A stretch of 64,000 bases of DNA, taken from Scyliorhinus canicula (Eukaryota). The notes below the pieces were generated by a model. It saw only the letters and a program-made list of their open reading frames with translations. It had not been told where the DNA came from and ran no database searches. Location of the stretch: the NCBI RefSeq assembly GCF_902713615.1, contig NC_052158.1, positions 32,467,990 to 32,531,989 on the forward strand, given 5' to 3'. Position 1 is the stretch's first letter; each line of letters begins with the position of its first letter. Below, piece after piece: positions 24,314 to 36,142 of this stretch. A program made the position numbers and the translations under genes.

Positions 24314-24452
24314 GGAGGTCCAGAGGAAAACAGCAAGGAAACGAGCAGCAAACAGCAAGTCACAAGATCAGCAACAGTACCACAAAATGAGTTGAACAGG
24401 TTGAATCAATAAGGAAATTAGACACACAGCAAGAGCAGAGAGAAAGAACTAT

Positions 24453-25122
24453 GGCCGGGATTCTCCGATCCTGCGCCGGGTCGGAGAATTGTTGGGGGGT
24501 AACGCGCGAAACCCGACACGCCGCTCCGATGCCAGCCCGCCGATTCTCTGGCGCCCGGAGAATCGGTGGCAATCGCGTTGCCGTGTCGCCGGTCGGGGGC
24601 CGTTGAACGCGACCCTCCCCCCCCCCGGGTGATTCTCCGAGCTCGACGGGCCAAGTGCCCACCAAGTTCGGCCGAGTCCCGGCGGCGTCAGTTATGCATG
24701 GTCCTATCCGGCCGGACCTCGGACTTCTGGCTGCGGGGGCCATCCTGGTGGAGGGAGGTGGGGGGCGGGGGTAGCTGACTCCGGGGGAGTCCTCATTGGT
24801 GGCCAGGCCCGCGATCGGGGGCAACCGATCGGCAGGCGGGCCCATTCCGGGGAGGCCTTGTTCCTCCGCGCCGGGCTCCTGTAGGGCTCCGCCATATTGC
24901 CCGGGCGCCTATGCAGAGACAGCCTAGGCGAGCATGTGTGAACAGCCCCGGCCGTGGCAAGCCGGCTTTTGGCACTGGAGCTGCGGACACCACTCCGCTG
25001 CCGTTCTATCGCCATAGGAAGGAGTGAATGCCTGGGCCTGGGGGCCCGTTAACGCAGAAGTCACTCGCGCCGATTTTGACACTGGCGTCAACACTTTGCC
25101 AGGATTTCAGAGAATCCTGGCC
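24453..25122. mobile_element. MITE, probably PIF/Harbinger-type
   Basis: TIR GGCCGGGATTCTC / GAGAATCCTGGCC; 3-bp TSD TAT on both sides; no coding capacity. Confidence 0.8.
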
Positions 25123-25319
25123 TATATAACCAGAGACTGAATACAGGGGCCCCAGACCAAGAGGATAGAGCAGTTACTCATCTGCAGGAGCCAGCTCACA
25201 GCTCACCGGTATAATACAGGATGTAGAAGAGTCACCACACCTCATGGGGGAGTGTGTATTCCCCATTTGGGAATATCAATCCCCTAGTCTCACGAGTGTC
25301 CTATTTCCTGCGTAACCTG

Positions 25320-25655
25320 GAAGATAGACAGGAAGAAATTTTTCCCCTGAGCAGAGGAGGTCAGTGCACATTGATTTAAAGTAAGGGATAGGAAATTTCC
25401 AGGTGATTGGAGGAAAACTGTTCCACCCAGAGGGTGGTGGGAATCTGGAACCCACTTCCTGAAAGGATGGTAGAAGTGGGAACCCTCACAACATTTAAGA
25501 AGCATTTAGATGAGCACTTGAAACGCCAGAGCAGACAGGGCTACAGCCCAAGTGCTGGAAAATGGGATTAAAGCAGATAGTGGCTTGATGGCCGGTGCAG
25601 ACACGATGGGCTGAAGGGCCTCCTTCTGTGCTGTAAAACTCTATGATTCTATGAG
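25320..25655 (+). mobile_element. CR1 3'-end fragment
   Basis: CACCCAGAGGGTGGTGGGAATCTGGAAC..ACATTTAAGAAGCATTTAGATGAG..GGGCTGAAGGGCC, ending CTATGATTCTATGA. Confidence 0.8.
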
Positions 25656-26192
25656 GGGCAATGCCAGGCTGAGTACTGGGGCATTAACCCTGGGTAAGTG
25701 ATTAATGGGTTACAAACAGAAAAACATGAGAGATGGCAGTGTGAATAGATAATTTAACCTCTCGATCCTGCTCCATCAATTAATAATGTCTGGTCTTCTG
25801 CCTCAACTCCACTTTCAGGCCTGCTCCCATACACCTCTATTCCCTGAGAGAGCAAAGCTAAGTCTATCCCGGCCTTGCATTTCTTCAGTGATGGAACATC
25901 CACAACCCTCAGGGATAGAGAATTTCAGAGATTCACAATCTTTTGATGAGGAAGTTCAAAACTGTCTTTGTCACAGAATACAATACTTTGAGTTTCATAT
26001 CATCTGCTAACTTTGAAACTTTCCTGAACACCTAGATCTAGATTATTAATTTATCACGAAGAGCAAGGTCCCAATACCGATCCCTGGGGAACACCATGAC
26101 AGGCCTTCCTCCAGCCCGAAAAATAACCCTAACCCTAACCCTAATTTGACCATGACACTCTGCTTCCTATTATTCAGAATGACAGGCTCCCT

Positions 26193-26380
26193 TGTATCCT
26201 GGGATAATACACAACAACTGGTCCCGGTGAATCCTGGGATAATACAGGACAACAGGTCCCGGTGTATCCTGGGACAATACAGGACAACAGGACCTGGTGT
26301 CTGGGACAATACAGGACAACAGTTCCCGGTGTATCCTGGGATAATACAGGACAACAGTTCCCAGTATATCCTGGAATAAT
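26193..26380. repeat. 35-bp tandem repeat (~5 units) GTATCCTGGGATAATACAGGACAACAGGTCCCGGT
   Basis: Read directly. Confidence 0.9.
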
Positions 26381-26381
26381 A

Positions 26382-28345
26382 CGGGGGGGGGGGGGTAGTG
26401 GGAAGGGGGTAGTAGGGAGTAGGGGGTGGAGGGGGTAGGGTAGAGGGGGTAGGGGGAGAAGGGTAGGGGAGGGGGAGAGGGGAGGGGGATGGGGTGAGGC
26501 GGAGGGGGAGGGGGAGTGGGAGATGAGAAGAGCGGAAGGCGGATGGGGCTGAGGCGGAGGGGAGGGGGGCCGGGGGAGAGGGGTGGAGGGGGGACAAGGT
26601 GGGGGGGAGGGGGTGCGTGGGGTACAGGGGAGGGGGATGTGGGAGTGGGAGGGGAACCAGGGGAGGGTGGGGGAGGGGGAGCTGGGGAGGGGAAGGGAGG
26701 GGGAGTGGGGAGAGGGTGGGGTGGGGGACGGGGAGATGGAAGTGATGGGGGATGGGGGCAAGGGGGGTGTGGGAGGGGGAAAGGGGGAGGGGGAAAGGGG
26801 AAGTGGGGGCGGGGGGGATGGGGAGGGGGTGGAGAGGGGCAGGGAGGGAGGGGTAGGAGGAGGGGGAGGGGAGGGGGGAGGGGGTGGAGAGGGGCAGGGA
26901 GGGAGGGGTAGGAGGAGGGGGAGGGGAGGGGGGAGGGAATGGAGGGGGTGGGGGAGGAGGGGGAGGATAGGGGGACGGGGTGGAGGGGGAGATGGAGTGG
27001 GTGGGGGGTGTGGGGGGGAGGGTAGGGGGTAGAGGGAGGAGGGGGGAAGGGGGGAGGGGGAGTGGTGGAGAAAGGGGTAGGGTAAAGGGGTGGCGGGGGG
27101 AGGGTGGGAGGCATGGGGGAGGGGGTGTCATAATTATCAGACGTATATGATGGTGCACAGACAGGCAGTGATGGACACACAGAATGACCAGTGAAGACAC
27201 AGAACACAGCAGCCAATCACCAGACAGGACACAACCACTATAAAGCCAGAGGCACTAGTCTTCCCGCTCTCTTGGGATCCAGCCTCTGAGACAGTCAGAG
27301 CTCGTGAGCAGCAGCTATAACACACACCATGTGGTAGTAAGATAGTCTGGTCACGTTAGCCTCAGGTCTCCAGTCAAGTCAGCATAGTGTCAGCCCACAG
27401 TTAAAGTATGTATGATAATTAGTTCAATGAGTTCAATAAAATCTAGTTACATTTCTTCAAGTGTTGGAAGCCTGTCTCTCTCACTGCTACCGTAAACGCA
27501 GTCCTCGCAGACCCAGCTTACCCAACACATCTGCGGGGGGACGGGAGGTGAGGGGGGAGGTGGGGGGCAGGTGGGGGTGAGGAGGGGGAGGGGAGGGGTG
27601 AGGAGGGGGTCAAGGGGGGAGGGGAGGGGGAGGATGGGGGGAGGGGGAGGAGGGGAAGGAGGGGATGGGGGGAGGGGGTGAGGAGGGGTAGTGGGTGACG
27701 GGGAGGGGGAAGGGGGAGAGGATGGGGAGGAGGGGAAGGGGATGGGGGAAGGGGGAGGGGATGGGGAGGGGAAGAGGATAGGGAGGAGGGTGGAGACGTG
27801 AGGAGGGGTGTGAGGGGGAAGGGAGAAAGGGGGAAGGGAAGGGAGAGGAGGGGTGTGAGGGGGAAGGAGGGGGAGGGGAAGAAGAGAGAGGGGAGGTAGG
27901 GGAGGTAGGGGAGGGGAGGTGGGGAAGGTGAGGGGAGGAGGGGTGTGAGGGGAGGGGGGAAGGAGGGGGGAGGGAGGGGGGAAGGAGGGGTGAAGGAGGG
28001 GGAGGAGAAGAGGGGAGATGGGGAGGGGAGGTAGGGGAGGGGAGGTAGGGGGGGAGGTAGGGGGAGGGAGTGGGAGGAGGGGGGATGGGGAAGGAGGTGG
28101 GGGGCGAGGGGAAAATGAGGGGGGTGTGGGGGAGGGAGAGGAGAGGAGCATGAGAGGTGGGGAGGGGGAGGGAGGGGTGGGGAGGGGGAGGAGGACAAGG
28201 GGGAAGGGGGGACGAGGGGGTGCAGGGGACGAGGGGGGCAAGGGGGGGTGGGGAGCGGAGGAGAGGGGAGGGAGGAGGAGTGGGTAGGGGGCGGAAGGGT
28301 GGGTAGGGAGGGGGAGGGGGGTTGGGTGGGAGGGGGAGGGCAGGC
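26382..28345. repeat. ~2-kb G/A-rich low-complexity tract, split by an LTR-like insert
   Basis: Continuous GGGG(A/T)GGGG runs; source of the poly-Pro and poly-Gly ORFs. Confidence 0.95.
27126..27529 (+). mobile_element. LTR-like sequence inside the G-rich tract
   Basis: Begins TGTCA, ends ACACA; CCAAT, TATAAA and AATAAA in LTR order; no TSD identified. Confidence 0.6.
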
Positions 28346-28359
28346 ACTGAGGGAGTACT

Positions 28360-28620
28360 GGTCAGAGGGAAAACACTGAGGGAGTTCTGTCCTGTCTGAG
28401 GGTCAGCACTGAGGGAGTGCTGCACTGTCAGAGGGTCAGTACTGAGGGAGGGCTGCACTGTCAGAGGATCAGCACTGAGGGAGTGCTGCACTGCCAGAGG
28501 GTCAGTACTGAGGGAGGGCTGCACTGTCAGAGGATCAGCACTGAGGGAGTGCTGTACTGTCAGAGGGTCAGTACTGAGAGAGTGCTGCATTGTCAGAGGG
28601 TCAGTACTGAGGGAGTGCTC
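28360..28620. repeat. 33-bp tandem repeat GTACTGAGGGAGTGCTGCACTGTCAGAGGGTCA
   Basis: About 7-8 units read directly. Confidence 0.93.
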
Positions 28621-29251
28621 TAATTTTGAAGAAGAGGTGCTAAGAGTGTCGTATTCAATATTTTCCCCGTTTCTTGACTGTGATAGAGAAATTCAAACAG
28701 CATTCATCAGGTAAGCAAAACTGAACTTTATTTACGAATTAGAACTGCTGGCAGTAATGGCTGAGACTTTTGAAGTCGGAAGGCAGTCAGTACAAACTGC
28801 TGAGTCCGTCCCAAGTCTGCGATATTACAGAAGAATAAGGCGATTTTTATACATTATGGGATCAAGATAACATGAATACAGCTTGGTCAGGAATTTGATC
28901 GAAAGTAAAACATAAGTAATAATCATTACAATGGCGTCTCCTTGTTGACCTTTAGAGGACTCGGGTCTCATGTCATTATCTTGTCTTTGTTTTAAGCGAT
29001 GGACAAATTTGTTTACGTACAGGCAGAGACAGTTTCTTAGCTTATCGTATATATTTAGACTCCTCTGGTCTCACGACGAACGCGTCTTATCAGAGTTATC
29101 TGTGCCTTAGGTTATGTGAAGTCAGTTTAAATTCAATTGTACCAAGAAATCTTGACTAGTTTTCCCATCATGCCATTATTTGCTTCGCACAATACCACAC
29201 TCCCCCCTTTTGTCACATCATGACAACTAGCTAAATAGGTATATCCATGAT

Positions 29252-29674
29252 TCATTTGAAAATGCATTTACACAAGCAGGCAAGCAATCCTATCCCTAGT
29301 AGCATTAGTAGTAGTAGAATAAAGGCCTTAAAGATCCAATCAAATAATCCATGACCCAACCACCCGAGCCAACCCGGCGGGTTATAGTCATGAAATTCAC
29401 TGCCAATTTCTTGAATTTGAGCAGCCTGTCTCTTAATATGGTCGGCCAGGTTAGCGATATTTTCAGAGCCATCTGAAATATAAGTACAGCACTCTTGGCC
29501 TATGATAGCGCACGTTCCTCCCTGCGAGGCTAACAGATAATCCAAAGCCATTCGATTTTGTAATGCCACGGTCCGGACAGCCACTAGCTCAGCTGAGACC
29601 TCGGCCAGTGCCTGTCCAGTGTCCTTGGCTTCTGTTGCCGTTACGTTTGCCAGATGTTCCAATGCTGAGGCCAT
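29252..29674 (-). pseudogene. env: ERV env remnant: transmembrane subunit only (open 140-aa frame)
   Basis: Heptad region, immunosuppressive motif LQNRMALDYLLA, CX6CC (CAIIGQECC), hydrophobic TM FILLLLMLLGIGLLACLC; no SU or furin site upstream. Confidence 0.92.
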
Positions 29675-29789
29675 GTAGATCAGTTCGTTGGATGCCTTGC
29701 CCGTTCCGTTTTAGAAATTGTTCTTTTTGCTCGCGAGGGGGAGTGCTTAAGGGTGGGTCGGTGACGCATTTGGGGTATGACATATCCCA

Positions 29790-32700
29790 AAAAGCAGAAG
29801 TGATAGATGTATCCAACTGGCACGTCCTTCAAGTTTGACCGAAGTTGGCATCGTCAGTAGTACGAGGAAGGGTCCGCTCCAGCGTTGTCCTAGTTTCTTT
29901 CTGTCCCAGTTTTTTCACCAACACGTGGTCTCCGGGTTTGATCACTGGATATCAAGGGACGGCTGTCCCTGTCGTTACTGGGAGATGTGCCTGTTTTACT
30001 TGTGAGTGAAGAAACTTCAAAGAAAGTGTTAATTGATTCAAATAGTTCTGCATTTGTTCCCCCATCACATGGAGGTCTACTCCCTCTAGGGGTTTTTCAT
30101 GGGCATCCCAGGGAGTCCTCATTGGCCGACCATAGACTATCTCTGCAGCTGACAGTCCGGCCTGCGAATGGGGAGTCACTCGCATGTGAAACAGTGCCAA
30201 GGGTTATACTTTTAGCCAATTTAACCCAGTTTCTTCAGTTAATTTAGATAATTTTTCTTTTAAAGTCCCGTTGGCTCTTTCCGTACAATTAGTGGTGGGG
30301 AATCCATTTACTAAACACATCAATTATTACTAAACAATATTTATAGCACTGTGCTTTTGGCAATTCAATAAAATCAAGCTGTCTACAAGCAAAAGGACCA
30401 TCTGGTAATGGGGTGGTTCCCGGAGGGCATTTAATACCTTTACCCTTATTATGTTTCATGCAAATGACGCATCGATCCAGCCGCGTTTGCGCTGCTGTAT
30501 TCAAATCTGGGTGCCACCAAGTTTTTAGGAGTAGCTGTACCACTCCCTCCTTGCCAAGATGGGTTCAAGAATGCAAATAATCAACAAGTAACGGTAATAA
30601 AGAATTCGGAATACAAACTTGACCAACTGGAGTCAGCCAGAGGTCTCGTGTCAAGGAGTGCGAACACCCCATTGACTTCCATAGTGTTCGCTCAGAATCA
30701 GGCGTCCCTCTGTAAATTATGAACTTCAGCTATCTCTGGCATGCCCTTCGTCCTTAATGCAGGTACTTGGTTTAGAGCCTGATTAGCCCCACTGGGAACA
30801 ATTAAAGAGGTTGATGCAGTTTTAGCAGCTGAATCAGCACGGGCATTTCCTAATTGAACAGGAGTGGCACCCTTCGTGTGCGCAACGCATTTAATAACTG
30901 CCAATTGACGGGGAAGCTGAATAGTATCGAGGAGATTTTTAACCCAAAGAGCATTTTGAATGGGAGTTCCCGCAGAGGTGAGAAAATCTCGCTATTGCCA
31001 GAGGTGGCCAAAATCATGGGTCACGCCAAAGGCATACCGAGAATCAGTGTAAACATTAGTACTTTTGTCTGTGGCCAAAATACATGCTTGAGTAAGGGCG
31101 AATAGCTCGGCTTTTTGTGCAGAGAGAGGGGTCTGGAAGGCTGCTGCTTCCTGCACGTCAGTGTCGGTTACCACGGCATATCCCGACTGTGGGACACCAA
31201 ATGGGGAAATGGAAGAACTGCCATCAACATAAAAGATCAGATCTGGATTATCAATAGGCCTGTCTTTTAAATCCGGGCGAGTTGCGGTAAGGAAGTGATT
31301 CCGAAGCAAACAATCGTGTGGTGGGTCCTCAAGGTTATCGGGGGGCTATTAAAAGAACACAGCAGGATTTAAGGTTGAACAATAATGAAAAGAGAGGTAG
31401 GGGTTTTGCAATAGTGAAACCTCATAGCGGCTCAATCGCGCTTGAGTCAGATGCTGGGTTTGCTGAGACGTTAGGAGAGCCACGATAGAGTGTGAAGTAT
31501 GCACTTGTACTGGTTGGTGAAGGGTTAGATTAGAGGCTGCCTGGACTAACAAATGGACAGCAGTAAGAATTTGGGTGCAGGGAGGTAGACAGCAAGCTAC
31601 AGGATCTAATTTGGTAGAATAGTAGGCGACCGGGCGACGCCGGTCACCGTGTTCTTGTGTAAGAACACCAGTGGCGCATTTATCAAGAACATTAACGTAC
31701 AGCTGAAAAGGTCTGTCATACATAGGTCGTCCTAGTGTTGGGGCGGTAGCCAGGACATTTTTCAGAGTAATAAAAGATTGCTTTGCTGAATCAGGTAGAT
31801 CAAACTTAAGAGGAGCATTTTGAGAGGAGAACGGAGTTAATTCTTTAGTATATGCAGTAACATTTGGAATCCATTGTCTACAAAAGTTCACTAATCCTAA
31901 AAAGGCTCGCACCTGCTTGGGCGATGTAGGAAATGGGGTCTGCAGTATAGGAGTAATGCATTCCTGAGTAAGGGAGCGATCAGTAGCACTTATTAGGACC
32001 CCCAAAAATTTGACTTGTCGTTGGCCTTTATGAACTTTAGTGGGCGGGATCACATATCCCCATGAATGGAGACGGATGAGCAGGTAAACGGTGTCACGCT
32101 GGTTTGCGATGAAATCAGGGCTGGCAAGTAGTAAGTCATCAACCTATTGAATGATGGTGGAGCCACCAGGAGGTGCTACTGTCGCTAACTGGGAGTGACC
32201 AAACGCCATTCGGGTGGTCTTGCTATCTTACTAACTGGAAGAACCGGGGTATTACAGGGTGATTGGCATGGTATCAAAATTCCCTGTTGAAGGAACGATT
32301 GAATCATGACCGAGACTCCTTCTTCAGCCTTGGGGCACAAAGGGTACTGTGAAATAGAGGGTAAGGGCATATCAGGTTTGATTCTAATAACAACAGGAGG
32401 GACATTAGTGAGACCAACTTCGTGTTTGGAGGCTGCCCATAAATCTGCGGGTAGTTCAGTAGTCGTGGATTGGGCTGAATGATGATGGTGCAGTGTGCCA
32501 ATGAGGACAAATGGGTGTTTAAAATATTCTAAAGTGCCTGCGGGTAGGGTTTGACTATCATTAAGGAAAGGATCAGCTTGTCCTCTTAGTGCCGCAGCCA
32601 GAAATCCCAAGGACTTGGCACTGTAGCCTTCATTGACAGAAAGGGTCACGTGGGGTGACACAATTCTTGACTGACGCCATCGGATGTGGGGTAAATCGAC

Positions 32701-32980
32701 AAGAAACGCAGACCCTTTTTTTGTCTTGGTAAATGCTCTCCAAATCGGGCGAGCATCCTGTATGATCGTAGCAAAGAGTGACATGTGGATTGGGAATATC
32801 TAAGGGAGGTGAAAAGTGTGAGGGATCAAAATCAATCGGCCACCACTGTGGAGTAGTGAATAGGGGAAAGTTTCGAAGCTGGGCCTGCGGGATAGGTGAT
32901 ATAGTAATGCCGTTATCAAGGCTTGGGTCACTATATTCTCTCATCTGGACTCTATCGGGTGTTTTAATAGCTGTGCCCAA
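29790..32980 (-). pseudogene. pol: ERV pol remnant: 2H-like domain, RT, RNase H, integrase; multiple deletions, stops and frameshifts
   Basis: SQYPL, SPCNTPVLPV, WRLV; Q*VDD (TAG at 32144-32146); VKFLG, RAFLGLVNFCRQWIP; RNase H YVDGSS/SAQKAEL/YTDSRYAF/NARAD; IN CxxC, QLDFIEL, IIDVFSKW, ERANGTLK, WSGPFLV. Confidence 0.93.
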
Positions 32981-35900
32981 GTGTCATTAATCTTTTGTAA
33001 GACTTCTTGCAGTTTTTAGATTTTTATTTTTTTAAACAGTGGTACTCAGGGTTAACATTAGCTGCCAGCATAGAACAGAGAGCAATCAGGCGCAGGCTCA
33101 CAAGTTATTAAATCTTGCAGCTGGTGACTTCGTATTTGAGACAGTTCTATAAACATACCATTATCAATGCGATGTATTACCGCTCTGAATTTTCAGTGTC
33201 TGTCTGCCTAATATGGTCAGGTGTCGCTAGTTGTTGTACATCCTTACTGCGAGAGGGCTATGAGTAGTCAATTTTCAATATTTGCTATTTAACCAGCTTT
33301 TTGGAAAGAGACATTACTGGATGTTTATTATTTCTTTTTATTTCAAATGAACTGAACCACCGCCGAGTCTATCTGGACGGCCTGAAACAATCTGAAGTTA
33401 TTTTAGACAAGAATCCATTGTTAAGTTCCTAACCGTAATCTTGTATTGACTTTGCTCCCCTTTTTTTTTATTTTGGGAGATTTGTCATCTTCAGATATTC
33501 CTGAACAAAAACTAATGGAGTGCTTTAGCCCCTGTCTAATCAAGGTGGATAGCCTAACTTGGTTCTTTTCCCATATGTGCATTCCGTTTTCAAGACCTGT
33601 CAATTCTATACCCAATTTTAATTCTTTATCCTGCCAGCTGGCTAACAAGGAGGCATCCTTCAATTTTGGACAACATTCCCTCCATAGAGCAACTAACTTT
33701 TTAGCAGTTGACCCCCTATTATTTTCCCAAATCACTTGTTGAGTTTCTATCACTGTTGATAGGTCTTTAGTTCCCCCCAGTATTGTTCACACAGCGTTTG
33801 CAGTACGCTGCCATTTTCAAAAGTTGTATCTGAAGTTTTACCCATTGCACCCTTTGTCTGATGCCAGATGGTCCTTCCGATTACAATTTTAACAATTGAT
33901 TAAGGAAATTACGTGTGTGATGTTCTATGTCAGGGTCCGCACGCTTTTTGCCCTGTTTATGTGTTATTAAGCAGAGTTATCCGCATCTGCAGGAGATTAT
34001 AATTTAAATCATGGAGTAATCGCGTTCCGTACAAACCAATTAACAGCTCGAAGATGACACCGTAAAGATTCTATGTCACCCGCCTTACAAGGTTAAGGGG
34101 AACCTTTTATCGCGAAGGTTTCAGGTAATAACAAGGACCATGTTGGCATCGATATCTCTTTACCTCTTTCAAATCATCACAGCTTGAAACATAATTTTTA
34201 AAGTCAAAGTCTGAAAAATGAAATATGAATTATTTCCCTCTCTCTCTTATCTGTCTCTCTCCCTCTCTACGTAACTCTGTCTTTGGAACTCTTATTGCTC
34301 TTTCTCTTTATCTGCCGACCTCTCCATCTCGGCCTCTCCCTGACTCGCTCTCTTTCGCTCTCTCAAACAGTTCCTGTCTATGTCGCTGGCTCTCTCTCTC
34401 TCCTTCAATCTCTTCCTCTGTCTCTCTTTCTCTCTCTTGGATTCAGCCCTTGTCCTTGGGGACAAATTTTGAACAAAAAATGTTTCATTCTCTTTCGAAA
34501 ACTTTAACTGTGTTATTCCATTTAAGTCAATTTGCACTGATTAATTTTAAAGGCATTAGCTATTCAGAGACATATTTCTTCTTTGTCAATTCAAAAAAGA
34601 CCAACTGTCTGCTGAAATGGTTAATGTTTCCTGCAGAATCTAAGGGGCGGAGTACTTGGCGTGATGCCATTTACGTCTTTTCACGCAATCTAAAAACTTA
34701 TTCATATTTAAATTACTCTTATTTGTAAAGTTACTTTCTTTTAAACTGATATAGTGTGAACTGAACAACTTTGGGAACATTTGCAAGAGGAATTATGAAT
34801 GTTTTGCCATTAGTTTAAAAACAATTTAAGTACGCATTTTGTTGTCCTTCAGAAGAACCACTTGTTATCATAATAAGGCCAGTACAACATTCCAAGCAGT
34901 AGTTAGTTTACATTTTCTGATCTACTAAATTTCGTTCAAAAGCAATGTTAAACTTTAGTCATGCCAACATGCTTCTAAATTGGTAACTCATTAACTTCAC
35001 TTCTATAATTCCCTTATTGTGGATCGTTTAATCAACACCTTTTAGTAAATGATCATGTCTTCCGTAGAGAAGGGTTGTTCGATATTTACGGCTTGCGTCT
35101 GTGACCGAGTGCGTGTCGCTAAGGGGGACACGTTAGCGGGAGTTTCATGGGATCAGAAGGGGGAGTCAGGACTTGGGAAAGTGGAATTGTAGGATCGGGG
35201 AGCGCAGAATGAGGGTGGGGTCCAGGGTTCAAATCCTTCTCGTCTTCCATATTGCCTGAATAGGGGAACATCGGCATGCCAGAGCAACTGGGAGGATCCT
35301 CCTTTCCTATAATCTGATTGGCCAGTCCTACTTTTCTGCTAACAGGAGGTTTGTTATTGCCAGATTGCTTTTTTAGTGTTTTGACTGTTTTCTATCCCAA
35401 AGCTCACATTACAATTTTAAAGTCTCCCAATCTTTCGCTTTACCGTTCGCACACTCATTAATCCCTTTTTTTTCCCCAGATTGCTTTTTATCCTGCATCA
35501 ATGCTATTGTCAAAGTTCCAAGATCCCTGTGTTACTTAGTGGCCAGATATCGTTACCTAATTTATTGTTTAAAGCAGCGCTGCAGCCAATCTTCGAATAT
35601 TACGTTCTTGACAAGGGGTTTCTAAACACATGAAAAATAGAGGGGAATTGCCCCTAATTTTGTCTAAAGTTTGTCGCATAATGTCAGTAAAATGTGCCCC
35701 TGGCAAAAAAATGCTCAAAATAAATTTCTGGTACCAAATCAAATTGGAGGGTCCTTGACCCCAAAAGAATTACTGACAGGGTCCCTGACCCCAAAAAATT
35801 ACTGACAGGGTCCCTGACCCCAAAATATTACTGACAGCCTGTATAAATCTGATGCGGATGAAAAACGAGATCAACAAGGTCCCTGACCTGCGGATAATCA

Positions 35901-36131
35901 CAATCGGGTCCCTGACCCTAAAACACTTTACTCACAGTCAAATTTAGACCGTCACCTGTTTAGTACTTCCGTCAGGGATGAGGGGTCGCAGCACAGATCC
36001 GAGAGAGAGAGAGAGAGAGACCAAGGTGAATCATACCTTGTGCTGGTGTCTGTCTCTTTCCTCCTGCTCGTGGCTTCGATCACTTTTTCTCAGTCCCTCA
36101 CGGAAGATCACTCAGGATATTGGATTTTTTG

Positions 36132-36142
36132 TCGCAGCGCCA
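36132..36142 (-). promoter_or_regulatory. ERV primer-binding site TGGCGCTGCGA (tRNA-Ser-like, tentative)
   Basis: Starts with TGG 2 nt after the 5' LTR; resembles recalled tRNA-Ser(CGA/TGA) 3' complements over ~11 nt only. Confidence 0.7.

Larger units (their letters stand above)
21290..24450 (-). mobile_element. Internally deleted Tx1-like non-LTR element (ORF1 N-terminus ~23190-23600; ORF2 C-terminus ~21400-22420), interrupted by later insertions
   Basis: CAMAGVIGPLSIVAA*RMYGKAVLFL..LTVGG..PLE..IIPSNI (ORF1-like); ESVSHVYVQCPR..LLLKFCLHFNPTL (ORF2 C-terminal). Family assignment from memory. Confidence 0.6.

Noticed and set aside
26124-26144. (CCCTAA)3 telomere-like repeat
   Set aside because: Only about three units; too short to call an interstitial telomere.
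26046-28590. Proline-rich and glycine-rich ORFs (up to 384 aa)
   Set aside because: Translation artefacts of the G/A-rich tract.
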